A stretch of 11,577 bases of DNA, taken from positions 1-11,577 of the forward strand of contig JBBIPN010000043.1 of the NCBI GenBank assembly GCA_037442825.1, given 5' to 3'. Positions 1-8,406 of the stretch are shown here, piece after piece (position 1 is the stretch's first letter; each line of letters opens with the position of its first letter). This stretch comes from Sulfurihydrogenibium sp. (lineage in GTDB: Bacteria > Aquificota > Aquificia > Aquificales > Hydrogenothermaceae). Under the pieces are notes generated by a model that was not told the origin of the DNA, searched no databases, and saw only the letters and a list, made by a program, of their open reading frames with translations. The position numbers and the translations under genes were made by a program.

Positions 1-2
1 TA

Positions 3-3000
3 CCTGCAGAACTATTACCTAAGCTTATAAACGATGACAGAATAAAGATAGAAGAAATTGTTACTGTTGAACCACAAGTTATAAACAAATCACCATACCA
101 AAGGGTTATTATTGAAACCTTAAAGAAGGATGAACCTAAGATAAATGCTTTATACTCATTCAGAGATGCTGCCTTTGTTGAAATATACAAAAAGATGAGA
201 CCAACTGATACTGCCGTATTAGATCCAAAAGCTTTTATGAAGAGAGCTAGAGAACTTTTTGACAATATGTTTAATGATATTCAAAGATATGATTTATCTA
301 GAGTTGGTAGAGTTAAAATTAATGCAAAAGTTCACAGTATTCCAAAAACTATAAAACCGCTTGATTTAGAGGAGTTATTAGAAAAATATCCACCTTTAAT
401 GTTAGATGAAAATGTCGTTTTAAGAAAAAAAGAAGTTTTACCTAAAGGTACAAAGATTGATGCACTTGTTGTAGAAAAACTCAAAAATGTTAACTTTTCT
501 GAGATAAAAGTTAAAGAGTACCTTGATGAAGAAGCTAGAGCGTTACAAACAGCAGATATTGTAGCTATCGTTAAGTATCTATTAGAGTTAAGATATGGTA
601 AAAAATCCTTAGATGATATTGCCCACTTAGGAAACAGAAGAGTAAGACCTGTTGGTGAGCTTCTTGAAGCTCAGGCAAGAACAGGTATAGCAAAGATGCA
701 GAAAGCATTTAGAGATAGGGTTGCTACAGTTGACATAGAAGATCCAAACTTAAAACCAAGTGAACTTGTTAATCCAAGGTATTTAACAAATTCTATACTT
801 GAGTTTTTAAAGAGTGGTCAGTTATCACAGTTTATGGATCAAACTAACCCTCTATCTGAACTAACACATAAAAGAAGACTTTCAGCCCTTGGACCTGGTG
901 GACTTACAAGAGAAAGTGCCAAGTTTGAAATTAGGGACGTTCACCCATCACATTACGGAAGAGTTTGTCCAATAGAGACACCTGAAGGTCAAAACATTGG
1001 TTTAGTTTCTTCTATGACTGTTTACTCAAGAATAAATGAGTACGGATTTTTAATATCACCTTATAGAAAGGTTATAGACGGTGTTGTAACTAATGAGATA
1101 GAGTATCTAACTGCCTATGAAGAAGAAAAGTATGTTATAGCTCAGGCAAATGCTGCTGTTGATGAAAAAGGAAGATTTCTAACAGGTAGAGTTTTAGCAA
1201 GAGCCTATGGTGATATTAGATTAGTAGAACCTAACGAAGTTCATTACATGGACGTATCTCCAAAACAAGTTGTATCTCCATCAGCTTCTTTAATTCCATT
1301 CTTAGAGCATGATGATGCAAACAGGGCTCTTATGGGTTCAAACATGCAACGTCAAGCTGTACCTCTCATAAAGACAGAATATCCATTGATTGGTACTGGA
1401 ATGGAGATGATTGTTGCTAAAGATTCTGGTTCTGTTATCGTTGCTAAAAGAGGTGGTGAAGTAGTAAAAGCAGATGGTAATACAATAGTAATAAAAGTAA
1501 ATGAAGATGAGATAAATCCTCATGACCCACTTGATATTGGAATGGATATATACGAGCTTAAGAAATTTAGAGGTTCTAACCAAGCAACCTGTATGAACCA
1601 AAGACCGTTAGTTAAGAAAGGTGATAAATTAGAAAAAGGTGCAATAATAGCAGATGGAACTTCTACATATAAAGGAGAACTTGCTTTAGGTAAAAATGTT
1701 CTTGTTGCATTTATGCCATGGAGAGGTTACAACTTTGAGGATGCTATTGTAATATCTGAAAGATTAGTTAAAGATGATGTATTTACTTCTATACATATTG
1801 AAGAGTTTGAAATAGAAGCAAGAGAGACAAAGTTAGGTCCAGAAGAAATAACAAGAAATATACCTAACGTTTCAGAAAGACAACTTGCAAATCTTGATGA
1901 ACATGGTGTCATAAGAGTAGGTTCTTATGTTAAACCTGGAGATATTCTTGTTGGAAAAGTCACACCGAAAGGAGAAACAACACCAACACCAGAAGAAAAG
2001 CTACTTTTAGCTATATTTGGAGAAAAGGCTAGTGATGTTAAAGACTCTTCTTTAAGGGTTCCTGTTGGTGTAGAAGGTATTGTTGTAGATGTTCAAATCT
2101 TTGCTAAGAAGAAAAAAGACAAAAAAGAGAAAAGAGAAAGATATATTGATACACTTATTAAGCAAGAGATTGAGAGATTAAACAATGAACTTGAAGAGAA
2201 AAAGAAATTTATCCTTGAAAAAAGAGATGCTAAACTTTCAGAAATACTGTTAAATGTCAAAGTTATAAAAGATATAAAGGTAGCTGGAGAAGTTTTAGTT
2301 AAAGAAGGAGAGATACTAGCTGAAGATAGACTACAGAAAGCTGTAAAAATAATAGCTATTAACCCATCTAACTTTATAAAAGACAAAAAAGTACTATCTA
2401 AAGTTCAAGATGTTATAAATAAAGCTAAATCTCAGCTAGAACTTTGGGAAAAGATATATGAAAAGAGAAAAGAGGTTGTTTCAGAAGGTGCAGACCTAAA
2501 ACCAGGTGTAAATGAGCTTGTGAAAGTTTATATCGCTCAAAAGAGAAAAATCCAAGTTGGTGATAAAATGGCTGGTAGACACGGTAACAAAGGTGTTATT
2601 TCCGTTGTTTTACCAGTTGAAGATATGCCATTTATGGAGGATGGTACTCCAGTAGATATAGTTTTAAACCCACTTGGTGTTCCTTCCCGTATGAACGTTG
2701 GGCAAATACTCGAAACGCATCTTGGTCTTGCTGCTAAAAAGTTAGGTGAACAGTTAGGAAAAGAGCTTGAAAACGTTTTAAACAGAAAAGCAATTATAGA
2801 AAAAATCGTTGAGTACTACAGTATAGTAAACGATGTAGAAGACAAAATTCTTGCAAAAAGCAGGAAAAAAGATTCAAAAGAACTTAAAAAAACACTTTCA
2901 GAAATGGATGATGAAACACTTCGTGACCTTGTTAAGGACTTAACAAAGATAGGAATTCCTTTTGAGACTGCAATTTTTGAAAGTGCATCAGAAGATGATG

Positions 3001-3497
3001 TTAAAAAACTTTTAAATAAAGCAGGAATAAAAGAAAAAGGAAAAGTTAAACTTATAGATGGTAGAACAGGGGAGCCATTTGATTTAGAAGTTACTGTTGG
3101 TTATATGTACATGTTAAAACTTATCCATATGGTAGATGATAAGATTCACGCTCGTTCTACAGGTCCTTACTCACTTATTACACAACAACCACTTGGTGGA
3201 AGAGCTCAGTTTGGTGGTCAAAGATTTGGAGAGATGGAAGTTTGGGCGTTGGAAGCACATGGAGCAGCTTACACACTTAGAGAGATGTTAACTGTTAAAT
3301 CTGACGATATAGAAGGTAGAAAGAGAGTTTATGAATCTATAATAAAAGGTAAACATTACTACGACATTGGTGTTCCAGAATCATTTAAAGTCCTTGTTAG
3401 AGAATTGAAAGCTCTTGGTCTTAATGTGGAATGTATCACTGATGGACAAGCTCAAGCTTGTGATACTACAGAAAATAAAAAAACTCAAGAGTTATAA
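3..3497 (+). CDS. rpoB: DNA-directed RNA polymerase subunit beta, 5'-truncated by the window edge
   Basis: The frame is open from base 3 ([10 protein letters not shown]...[12 protein letters not shown]), so the ATG at 195 is internal. Motifs: [16 protein letters not shown], Rif region [82 protein letters not shown]. Ends at TAA 3495-3497, followed by an in-frame TGA at 3498-3500. Confidence 0.99.
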   Translation, partial: PAELLPKLINDDRIKIEEIVTVEPQVINKSPYQRVIIETLKKDEPKINALYSFRDAAFVEIYKKMRPTDTAVLDPKAFMKRARELFDNMFNDIQRYDLSRVGRVKINAKVHSIPKTIKPLDLEELLEKYPPLMLDENVVLRKKEVLPKGTKIDALVVEKLKNVNFSEIKVKEYLDEEARALQTADIVAIVKYLLELRYGKKSLDDIAHLGNRRVRPVGELLEAQARTGIAKMQKAFRDRVATVDIEDPNLKPSELVNPRYLTNSILEFLKSGQLSQFMDQTNPLSELTHKRRLSALGPGGLTRESAKFEIRDVHPSHYGRVCPIETPEGQNIGLVSSMTVYSRINEYGFLISPYRKVIDGVVTNEIEYLTAYEEEKYVIAQANAAVDEKGRFLTGRVLARAYGDIRLVEPNEVHYMDVSPKQVVSPSASLIPFLEHDDANRALMGSNMQRQAVPLIKTEYPLIGTGMEMIVAKDSGSVIVAKRGGEVVKADGNTIVIKVNEDEINPHDPLDIGMDIYELKKFRGSNQATCMNQRPLVKKGDKLEKGAIIADGTSTYKGELALGKNVLVAFMPWRGYNFEDAIVISERLVKDDVFTSIHIEEFEIEARETKLGPEEITRNIPNVSERQLANLDEHGVIRVGSYVKPGDILVGKVTPKGETTPTPEEKLLLAIFGEKASDVKDSSLRVPVGVEGIVVDVQIFAKKKKDKKEKRERYIDTLIKQEIERLNNELEEKKKFILEKRDAKLSEILLNVKVIKDIKVAGEVLVKEGEILAEDRLQKAVKIIAINPSNFIKDKKVLSKVQDVINKAKSQLELWEKIYEKRKEVVSEGADLKPGVNELVKVYIAQKRKIQVGDKMAGRHGNKGVISVVLPVEDMPFMEDGTPVDIVLNPLGVPSRMNVGQILETHLGLAAKKLGEQLGKELENVLNRKAIIEKIVEYYSIVNDVEDKILAKSRKKDSKELKKTLSEMDDETLRDLVKDLTKIGIPFETAIFESASEDDVKKLLNKAGIKEKGKVKLIDGRTGEPFDLEVTVGYMYMLKLIHMVDDKIHARSTGPYSLITQQPLGGRAQFGGQRFGEMEVWALEAHGAAYTLREMLTVKSDDIEGRKRVYESIIKGKHYYDIGVPESFKVLVRELKALGLNVECITDGQAQACDTTENKKTQEL

Positions 3498-3506
3498 TGA
3501 AGCCAA

Positions 3507-3538
3507 AACCTTCCCTATAAAAGGGAAGGTTATTTAAT
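3507..3538 (+). terminator. Terminator-like hairpin between rpoB and rpoC
   Basis: Perfect 10-bp inverted repeat AACCTTCCCT (3507-3516), loop ATAAA, AGGGAAGGTT (3522-3531). The GC-rich core is followed by an imperfect U-rich tract, TTATTTAA. Function as a terminator is inferred. Confidence 0.55.
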
Positions 3539-3546
3539 AAGGAGGT
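3538..3546 (+). promoter_or_regulatory. Shine-Dalgarno site for rpoC
   Basis: TAAGGAGGT, 9 nt upstream of the GTG start at 3556. Confidence 0.9.
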
Positions 3547-3555
3547 ATAGCTACC

Positions 3556-6500
3556 GTGGAAGCAAAAGAGAAAAAGCAAACAGTTAGATTTGATGCTATA
3601 AGATTATCACTTGCTTCACCAAATGTTATTAAATCTTGGTCTCATGGTGAAGTAAAAAAACCAGAGACATTAAACTATAGAACATTAAAACCAGAAAAAG
3701 ATGGATTATTCTGTGCAAAAATATTTGGTCCAATAAAAGATTACGAATGTTTATGTGGTAAATATAAAAAGAAAAAATATGAAGGAACTATTTGTGATAG
3801 ATGTGGTGTAGAAGTTACAAGATCTGATGTTAGAAGAGAAAGATTTGGACATATTGAACTCGCATCACCTGTAGTACATATATGGTATCTAAAATCTACT
3901 CCGTCAAAGATAGGTTCCATTCTTGATTTAACATCAAGAGATATAGAAAGGGTTGTATATTTTGAATCTTACTTGGTTGTAGAGCATCCTACAGAAGAAG
4001 AGGAAGAAATTTTTGAAAAAGATGCAAGATCTTTACCAATTTTAGAAGGCGGATTAACCAAGTTTGTAAGACTACATGTTTTATCTGAAGATGAGTTTAG
4101 GGATCAAGAGTATAAGTTTGTTGGTAATGAAAAGTATGAATATGGAATGGGAGCAGAAAAAGTTAAAGATGTTTTAGCAAGGATAGATATAGAAGTTCTC
4201 GTTAGAAAGTTAAAGAAAGAGCTTCATGGTTTTGCTGCTACTTTTGATGACCTTACACTAGCTTACAAACAAAACTATCCTAAACTTTACAATAAAGCTA
4301 TTTTAGAGGTAGCTAAGAAATTTGCAGAAGTAGGATTAAGATTTGGTGATATAGAACCAACAGAAAAAGAGATAGATGCAGTACTAGCACAAGGTTACTA
4401 TATAATAATAGAACCAGGAAATACAGATTATAAATTTGGTCAGATTATAAATTCTGAAGTACTTAATGTAGATGAATCTGTAGTAGCTTTTACAGGTCCA
4501 GAAGCATTAGAAAAGTTGTATAAAACTTACAGAGAAAAAGTAAAGGAAATTCCAATATTTGAAATTATAAAAGAATCCGTTAGAAATGTCCTTTTAAAGG
4601 AAGGTACAGATGCAAGATTAAAGAAACTTATTAGAAGGTTGAGACTTGCTGAAGGGTTCTTAGAGTCTGAAAATAAACCAGAATGGATGATAGTAGATAT
4701 TTTACCAGTGATACCTCCAGATTTGAGACCTTTACTTCCATTAGATGGGGGAAGATTTGCAAGCTCTGACCTAAACGATTTATACAGAAGAGTTATAAAC
4801 AGAAACAACAGATTAAAAAGACTTATAGAGTTAGATGCTCCAGAGATTATTATAAGAAACGAAAAAAGAATGCTCCAAGAAGCTGTAGACGCACTTATTG
4901 ATAATGGTAGAAGAGGAAGGATAGTTACACAAAACAACAGACCATTAAAATCTTTATCTGACTCACTTAGAGGTAAGCAAGGTAGATTTAGACAGAACTT
5001 ACTTGGTAAAAGGGTAGACTATTCAGGACGTTCTGTTATTGTCGTTGGACCAGAGCTTCAAATGCATGAGTGTGGTCTTCCAAAACAGATGGCTATAGAG
5101 TTGTTCAAACCGTTTATATACAGAAGACTTGAAGAAAAAGGTTATGCAACATCTATAAAAATGGCAAAAAGACTTGTAGAAGAAAAAGCTCCAGAAGTTT
5201 ATGAATGTCTTGAAGAAGTAGTAAAACAACATCCAGTTTTATTAAACCGTGCACCAACACTTCATAGAATGTCTGTTCAAGCTTTTGAACCTAAACTTGT
5301 AGAAGGAAAAGCTATAAAACTTCATCCTCTTGTATGTCCACCTTTTAATGCAGACTTTGACGGTGACCAGATGGCTGTTCACGTCCCTCTATCTGTAGAA
5401 GCACAACTTGAATCATATATCCTAATGCTTTCTACCCAGAACATTCTTTCTCCAGCCCATGGAAAACCTGTTACAATGCCATCACAAGATATTATTCTTG
5501 GTGTTCATTATTTAACTCAAATATTACCAGAAGCTAAAGGAGAAGGAAAAATATTTGCTTCAAAAGAAGAAGCAAAAATAGCTTACGATCTAGGAGCTGT
5601 TGATTTACTTGCTAAGATAAAAGTTAAAATTGATGGAAAGTTAATTGAAACAACTGTCGGAAGAATCTTGTTTAATGAAATACTTCCAGAAGGTTACAAA
5701 TTTATAAATGAAGTTTTAGATAAGAAGAAGATTTCTAAAATTATATCTGATATCTATGAAAAGTACGGTAATGAAATTACAGCTCAAACGTTAGATAAGA
5801 TCAAAGAGTTAGGGTTTAAATTCGCAACGAAAGCAGCAGTTTCTATTTCCTTTACAGATTTAGTAGTACCTAAGAAAAAAGCTAAAATTTTAGAAAAAGC
5901 TGTTAAAGAAGCTGAAGTTGTATGGAGACAGTATGTAGATGGTATCATTACAAAAGGAGAAAGACATAATAAAATCATAGATATCTGGTCACAAGCTACG
6001 AATGAAGTTGCAAAAGAGATGTTTGATGAAATTGAGAAGTCAGAAAGAATAGAAAATGGTAAAAAGTATCCTGGATACTTTAACCCAGTTTACATGATGG
6101 CATCATCTGGTGCAAGAGGTAGTAGAGACCAGATAAGACAGCTTGCTGGTATGCGTGGTCTTATGGCAAAACACTCTGGTGAGTTTATAGAAACACCTAT
6201 TATGTCAAACTTCAGAGAAGGTTTATCTGTTGTTGAGTACTTTATCTCTACATACGGTGCAAGAAAGGGATTGGCAGATACAGCGTTAAAAACAGCAGTA
6301 GCTGGATACTTAACAAGAAGATTGGCTGATGTTGCCCAAGATGTAATTATTACAGGTGAAGATTGTGGTACGCTTAAAGGAATTACAGTCTCTGCAATTG
6401 TAGAGAGTGGTGAAATCGTTGTTCCATTTAAAGATAGGATAATAGGAAGATATACAGCAGAAGATGTTTATGATCCATACTCTGGTGAACTTATAGTTGC

Positions 6501-8289
6501 TGCAAATCAAGAAATTACAGAAGATTTAGCTGATAAATTTGAAAAAGCAGGAATTGAAAAAGTTAAGATAAGGTCTGTACTTACATGTGAAATGTCTCAT
6601 GGTGTGTGTGCTAAGTGTTATGGTAGAGACCTTGCACAAAGGAAGCTTGTAGATATTGGAGAAGCTGTTGGAATTATTGCAGCTCAATCTATTGGTGAAC
6701 CTGGTACACAGCTTACAATGAGAACATTCCACATTGGTGGTGCTGCAACAGCTAAAGCAGCTCAAACTCAACACGTAGCGTCTGGAGAAGGTATAGTTAA
6801 ACTTCAAAATGTAAAGTATGTTCAAGATAAACAAGGGAAAAAGCTTATTGTTAACAGAGAAGGTTCTATAAAGATTATAGATAACGAAGGAAAAACATTA
6901 GAAAGATTCCCAGCTCCATACGGTGCAGTACTATACGTTGAAGATGGTCAAACAGTAAAAGAAGGAACAGTTTTAGCTGAATGGGAACCATTTAGTGATC
7001 CGATTATAGCTGAGTATGGTGGAGAGATAGAGTTTAGAGATGTTATTCTTGACGTGACATTGAAGGAAGAGAGAGATAATATTACTGGAAAAACCATATA
7101 TACCATTACATTCTTAAGACCAAAAGATGCTGGTTTACACACACCAAGAATAGTTATCAAAGGTGAAAATGGAAACGAATATATATATGATTTACCAGTC
7201 AATACAATTCTCTTAATTCCTAAAGAAAACCTTGAAGAACATTGGGATAAATGTTTTGCATGTTCTGAAACTGAGAAAACTGATGTGTCCCATAAATACT
7301 TACAAATTAAAAAAGGATTTAAAGTTTCAGAAGGTGATATTTTAGCTAAAATACCTAAAGAGAAAGCAAAAGTTAGAGACATCGTTGGTGGTTTACCAAG
7401 GGTTGAAGAACTTTTAGAGGCGAGAGAACCTAAGAATAAAGCTATTATTACAGAGATAGATGGAATCGTTAAGATATACGAAGATGCTAAGGAAGTTACC
7501 TTAATAAATCCTAAGGAAGGAAAAGTAGAAACTTACAAAGTTCCCGACTCTACATTTGTTATTGTTAAAAACGGAAGTATAGTTAAAGCTGGCCAAAGTT
7601 TAGTTGATGATGGAAGTATTAAAGCTGAATTTAATGGAATGGTAAGATTGAAAAGTGAAGGTTCAAGAATTGTTGTATTTAATAAAGAAACAGGTCAACA
7701 AAAAGACTATAAAGTACCAAAAGGTAAATTTATCATTGTAAAAGATAGCTCTACAGTAAAAGCAGGAGATTCTTTAACGGATGGTTCTCCAAACCCTCAC
7801 GACATATTAAGAATAATGGGTATAGAAGAGCTTGCTGCATTTCTTGTTAAGGAAGCTCAGATTGTTTACAGACTTCAAGGTGTTGAGATTAACGATAAGC
7901 ACTTTGAAGTTATCATAAGACAGATATTAAGAAAAGTTAAAATTGTTGACCCAGGAGATAGCAGATTCTTATTAAATGAAATTGTTGATAAGTTAGATCT
8001 TGAAAATGAGATTAACAAAGTAATAGCAGAAGGTGGAAGGCCACCAAAAGCAGAACCTGTACTTGTAGGTATAACAAAAGCTTCTTTAAGTACAAGAAGC
8101 TGGATCTCAGCTGCTTCTTTCCAAGAAACAACAAGAGTTTTAGCAGATGCAGCTGTAGAAGGAAAAGTAGACTACTTAAAAGGATTAAAAGAAAACGTTA
8201 TAATTGGAGGTATTATACCTGCAGGAAGCGGTATAAAAGAGTATTCTGAAGTAGAAGTCGAGTTGAAAGAACAACCAATAGAGATTTAA
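3556..8289 (+). CDS. rpoC: DNA-directed RNA polymerase subunit beta' (1577 aa, with lineage-specific insertions)
   Basis: GTG start with a strong SD. N-terminal Zn finger (ECLCGK...CDRC), [14 protein letters not shown], catalytic NADFDGD (5347-5367), bridge helix [14 protein letters not shown], second Zn site (DCGT...[12 protein letters not shown]), trigger loop [21 protein letters not shown] and GLKENVIIG. Confidence 0.99.
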   Translation: MEAKEKKQTVRFDAIRLSLASPNVIKSWSHGEVKKPETLNYRTLKPEKDGLFCAKIFGPIKDYECLCGKYKKKKYEGTICDRCGVEVTRSDVRRERFGHIELASPVVHIWYLKSTPSKIGSILDLTSRDIERVVYFESYLVVEHPTEEEEEIFEKDARSLPILEGGLTKFVRLHVLSEDEFRDQEYKFVGNEKYEYGMGAEKVKDVLARIDIEVLVRKLKKELHGFAATFDDLTLAYKQNYPKLYNKAILEVAKKFAEVGLRFGDIEPTEKEIDAVLAQGYYIIIEPGNTDYKFGQIINSEVLNVDESVVAFTGPEALEKLYKTYREKVKEIPIFEIIKESVRNVLLKEGTDARLKKLIRRLRLAEGFLESENKPEWMIVDILPVIPPDLRPLLPLDGGRFASSDLNDLYRRVINRNNRLKRLIELDAPEIIIRNEKRMLQEAVDALIDNGRRGRIVTQNNRPLKSLSDSLRGKQGRFRQNLLGKRVDYSGRSVIVVGPELQMHECGLPKQMAIELFKPFIYRRLEEKGYATSIKMAKRLVEEKAPEVYECLEEVVKQHPVLLNRAPTLHRMSVQAFEPKLVEGKAIKLHPLVCPPFNADFDGDQMAVHVPLSVEAQLESYILMLSTQNILSPAHGKPVTMPSQDIILGVHYLTQILPEAKGEGKIFASKEEAKIAYDLGAVDLLAKIKVKIDGKLIETTVGRILFNEILPEGYKFINEVLDKKKISKIISDIYEKYGNEITAQTLDKIKELGFKFATKAAVSISFTDLVVPKKKAKILEKAVKEAEVVWRQYVDGIITKGERHNKIIDIWSQATNEVAKEMFDEIEKSERIENGKKYPGYFNPVYMMASSGARGSRDQIRQLAGMRGLMAKHSGEFIETPIMSNFREGLSVVEYFISTYGARKGLADTALKTAVAGYLTRRLADVAQDVIITGEDCGTLKGITVSAIVESGEIVVPFKDRIIGRYTAEDVYDPYSGELIVAANQEITEDLADKFEKAGIEKVKIRSVLTCEMSHGVCAKCYGRDLAQRKLVDIGEAVGIIAAQSIGEPGTQLTMRTFHIGGAATAKAAQTQHVASGEGIVKLQNVKYVQDKQGKKLIVNREGSIKIIDNEGKTLERFPAPYGAVLYVEDGQTVKEGTVLAEWEPFSDPIIAEYGGEIEFRDVILDVTLKEERDNITGKTIYTITFLRPKDAGLHTPRIVIKGENGNEYIYDLPVNTILLIPKENLEEHWDKCFACSETEKTDVSHKYLQIKKGFKVSEGDILAKIPKEKAKVRDIVGGLPRVEELLEAREPKNKAIITEIDGIVKIYEDAKEVTLINPKEGKVETYKVPDSTFVIVKNGSIVKAGQSLVDDGSIKAEFNGMVRLKSEGSRIVVFNKETGQQKDYKVPKGKFIIVKDSSTVKAGDSLTDGSPNPHDILRIMGIEELAAFLVKEAQIVYRLQGVEINDKHFEVIIRQILRKVKIVDPGDSRFLLNEIVDKLDLENEINKVIAEGGRPPKAEPVLVGITKASLSTRSWISAASFQETTRVLADAAVEGKVDYLKGLKENVIIGGIIPAGSGIKEYSEVEVELKEQPIEI
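6748..7374 (+). other. beta' trigger-loop insertion (SI3 / beta'i6-type, two sandwich-barrel hybrid motifs); boundaries approximate
   Basis: About 210 aa lie between MRTFHIGGA and DIVGGLPRV. They include the SBHM-like ends [23 protein letters not shown] and [16 protein letters not shown], at the same position as E. coli SI3. Confidence 0.9.
7441..7785 (+). repeat. Protein-level tandem duplication (58-aa period) of the beta' jaw SBHM module
   Basis: Copy 1 (7441-7614) and copy 2 (7615-7785) align without gaps, 22 of 56 residues identical by manual count (YKVP...F.IVK..S.VKAG.SL.D). Confidence 0.9.
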
Positions 8290-8293
8290 AATC

Positions 8294-8316
8294 AACCCCC
8301 ATTTTTGGGGGTTTTT
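8294..8316 (+). terminator. Rho-independent terminator after rpoC
   Basis: AACCCCCA-TTTT-TGGGGGTT hairpin, with TTTTT (8312-8316) directly after the G run, starting 5 nt after the rpoC stop. Confidence 0.8.
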
Positions 8317-8322
8317 AAAAAC

Positions 8323-8351
8323 TTGATTTTTATTCATTTATTATTTATAAT
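8323..8351 (+). promoter_or_regulatory. Sigma70-type promoter for the str operon (rpsL-rpsG-fusA-tuf)
   Basis: -35 TTGATT (8323-8328), exactly 17 bp spacer, perfect -10 TATAAT (8346-8351). It lies just downstream of the rpoC terminator and about 55 nt before rpsL. Confidence 0.75.
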
Positions 8352-8394
8352 AATTATTTTAGTTTTATAATGGAAAAAATTATGTATTTTTATT

Positions 8395-8401
8395 AGGAGG
8401 T
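8395..8401 (+). promoter_or_regulatory. Shine-Dalgarno site for rpsL
   Basis: AGGAGGT, 5 nt upstream of the GTG at 8407. Confidence 0.9.
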
Positions 8402-8406
8402 TTACT

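Noticed and set aside
195..197. ATG at 195 as the rpoB start, as given by the ORF track
   Set aside because: The frame is open back to base 3, the upstream translation (EIYKKMRP) is conserved RpoB sequence, and there is no SD. The true start is outside the window.
3481..3560. rpoB-rpoC fusion or stop read-through, as in Helicobacter or Wolbachia
   Set aside because: There are two tandem stops, the genes are in different frames, and rpoC has its own strong SD.
1338..7382. Nine minus-strand ORFs of 61-144 aa inside rpoB and rpoC
   Set aside because: They lie entirely antisense to essential conserved genes, have Ser/Phe/Leu/Ile-rich compositions that mirror the Lys/Glu-rich sense codons, and show no recognisable motifs. 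They are shadow ORFs.
3..8289. Inteins or introns as the cause of the long beta and beta' subunits
   Set aside because: No intein-like C/S...HN-C/S/T boundaries or LAGLIDADG motifs were seen in the inserts, and the reading frames are uninterrupted. The extra length is explained by domain insertions and duplications.
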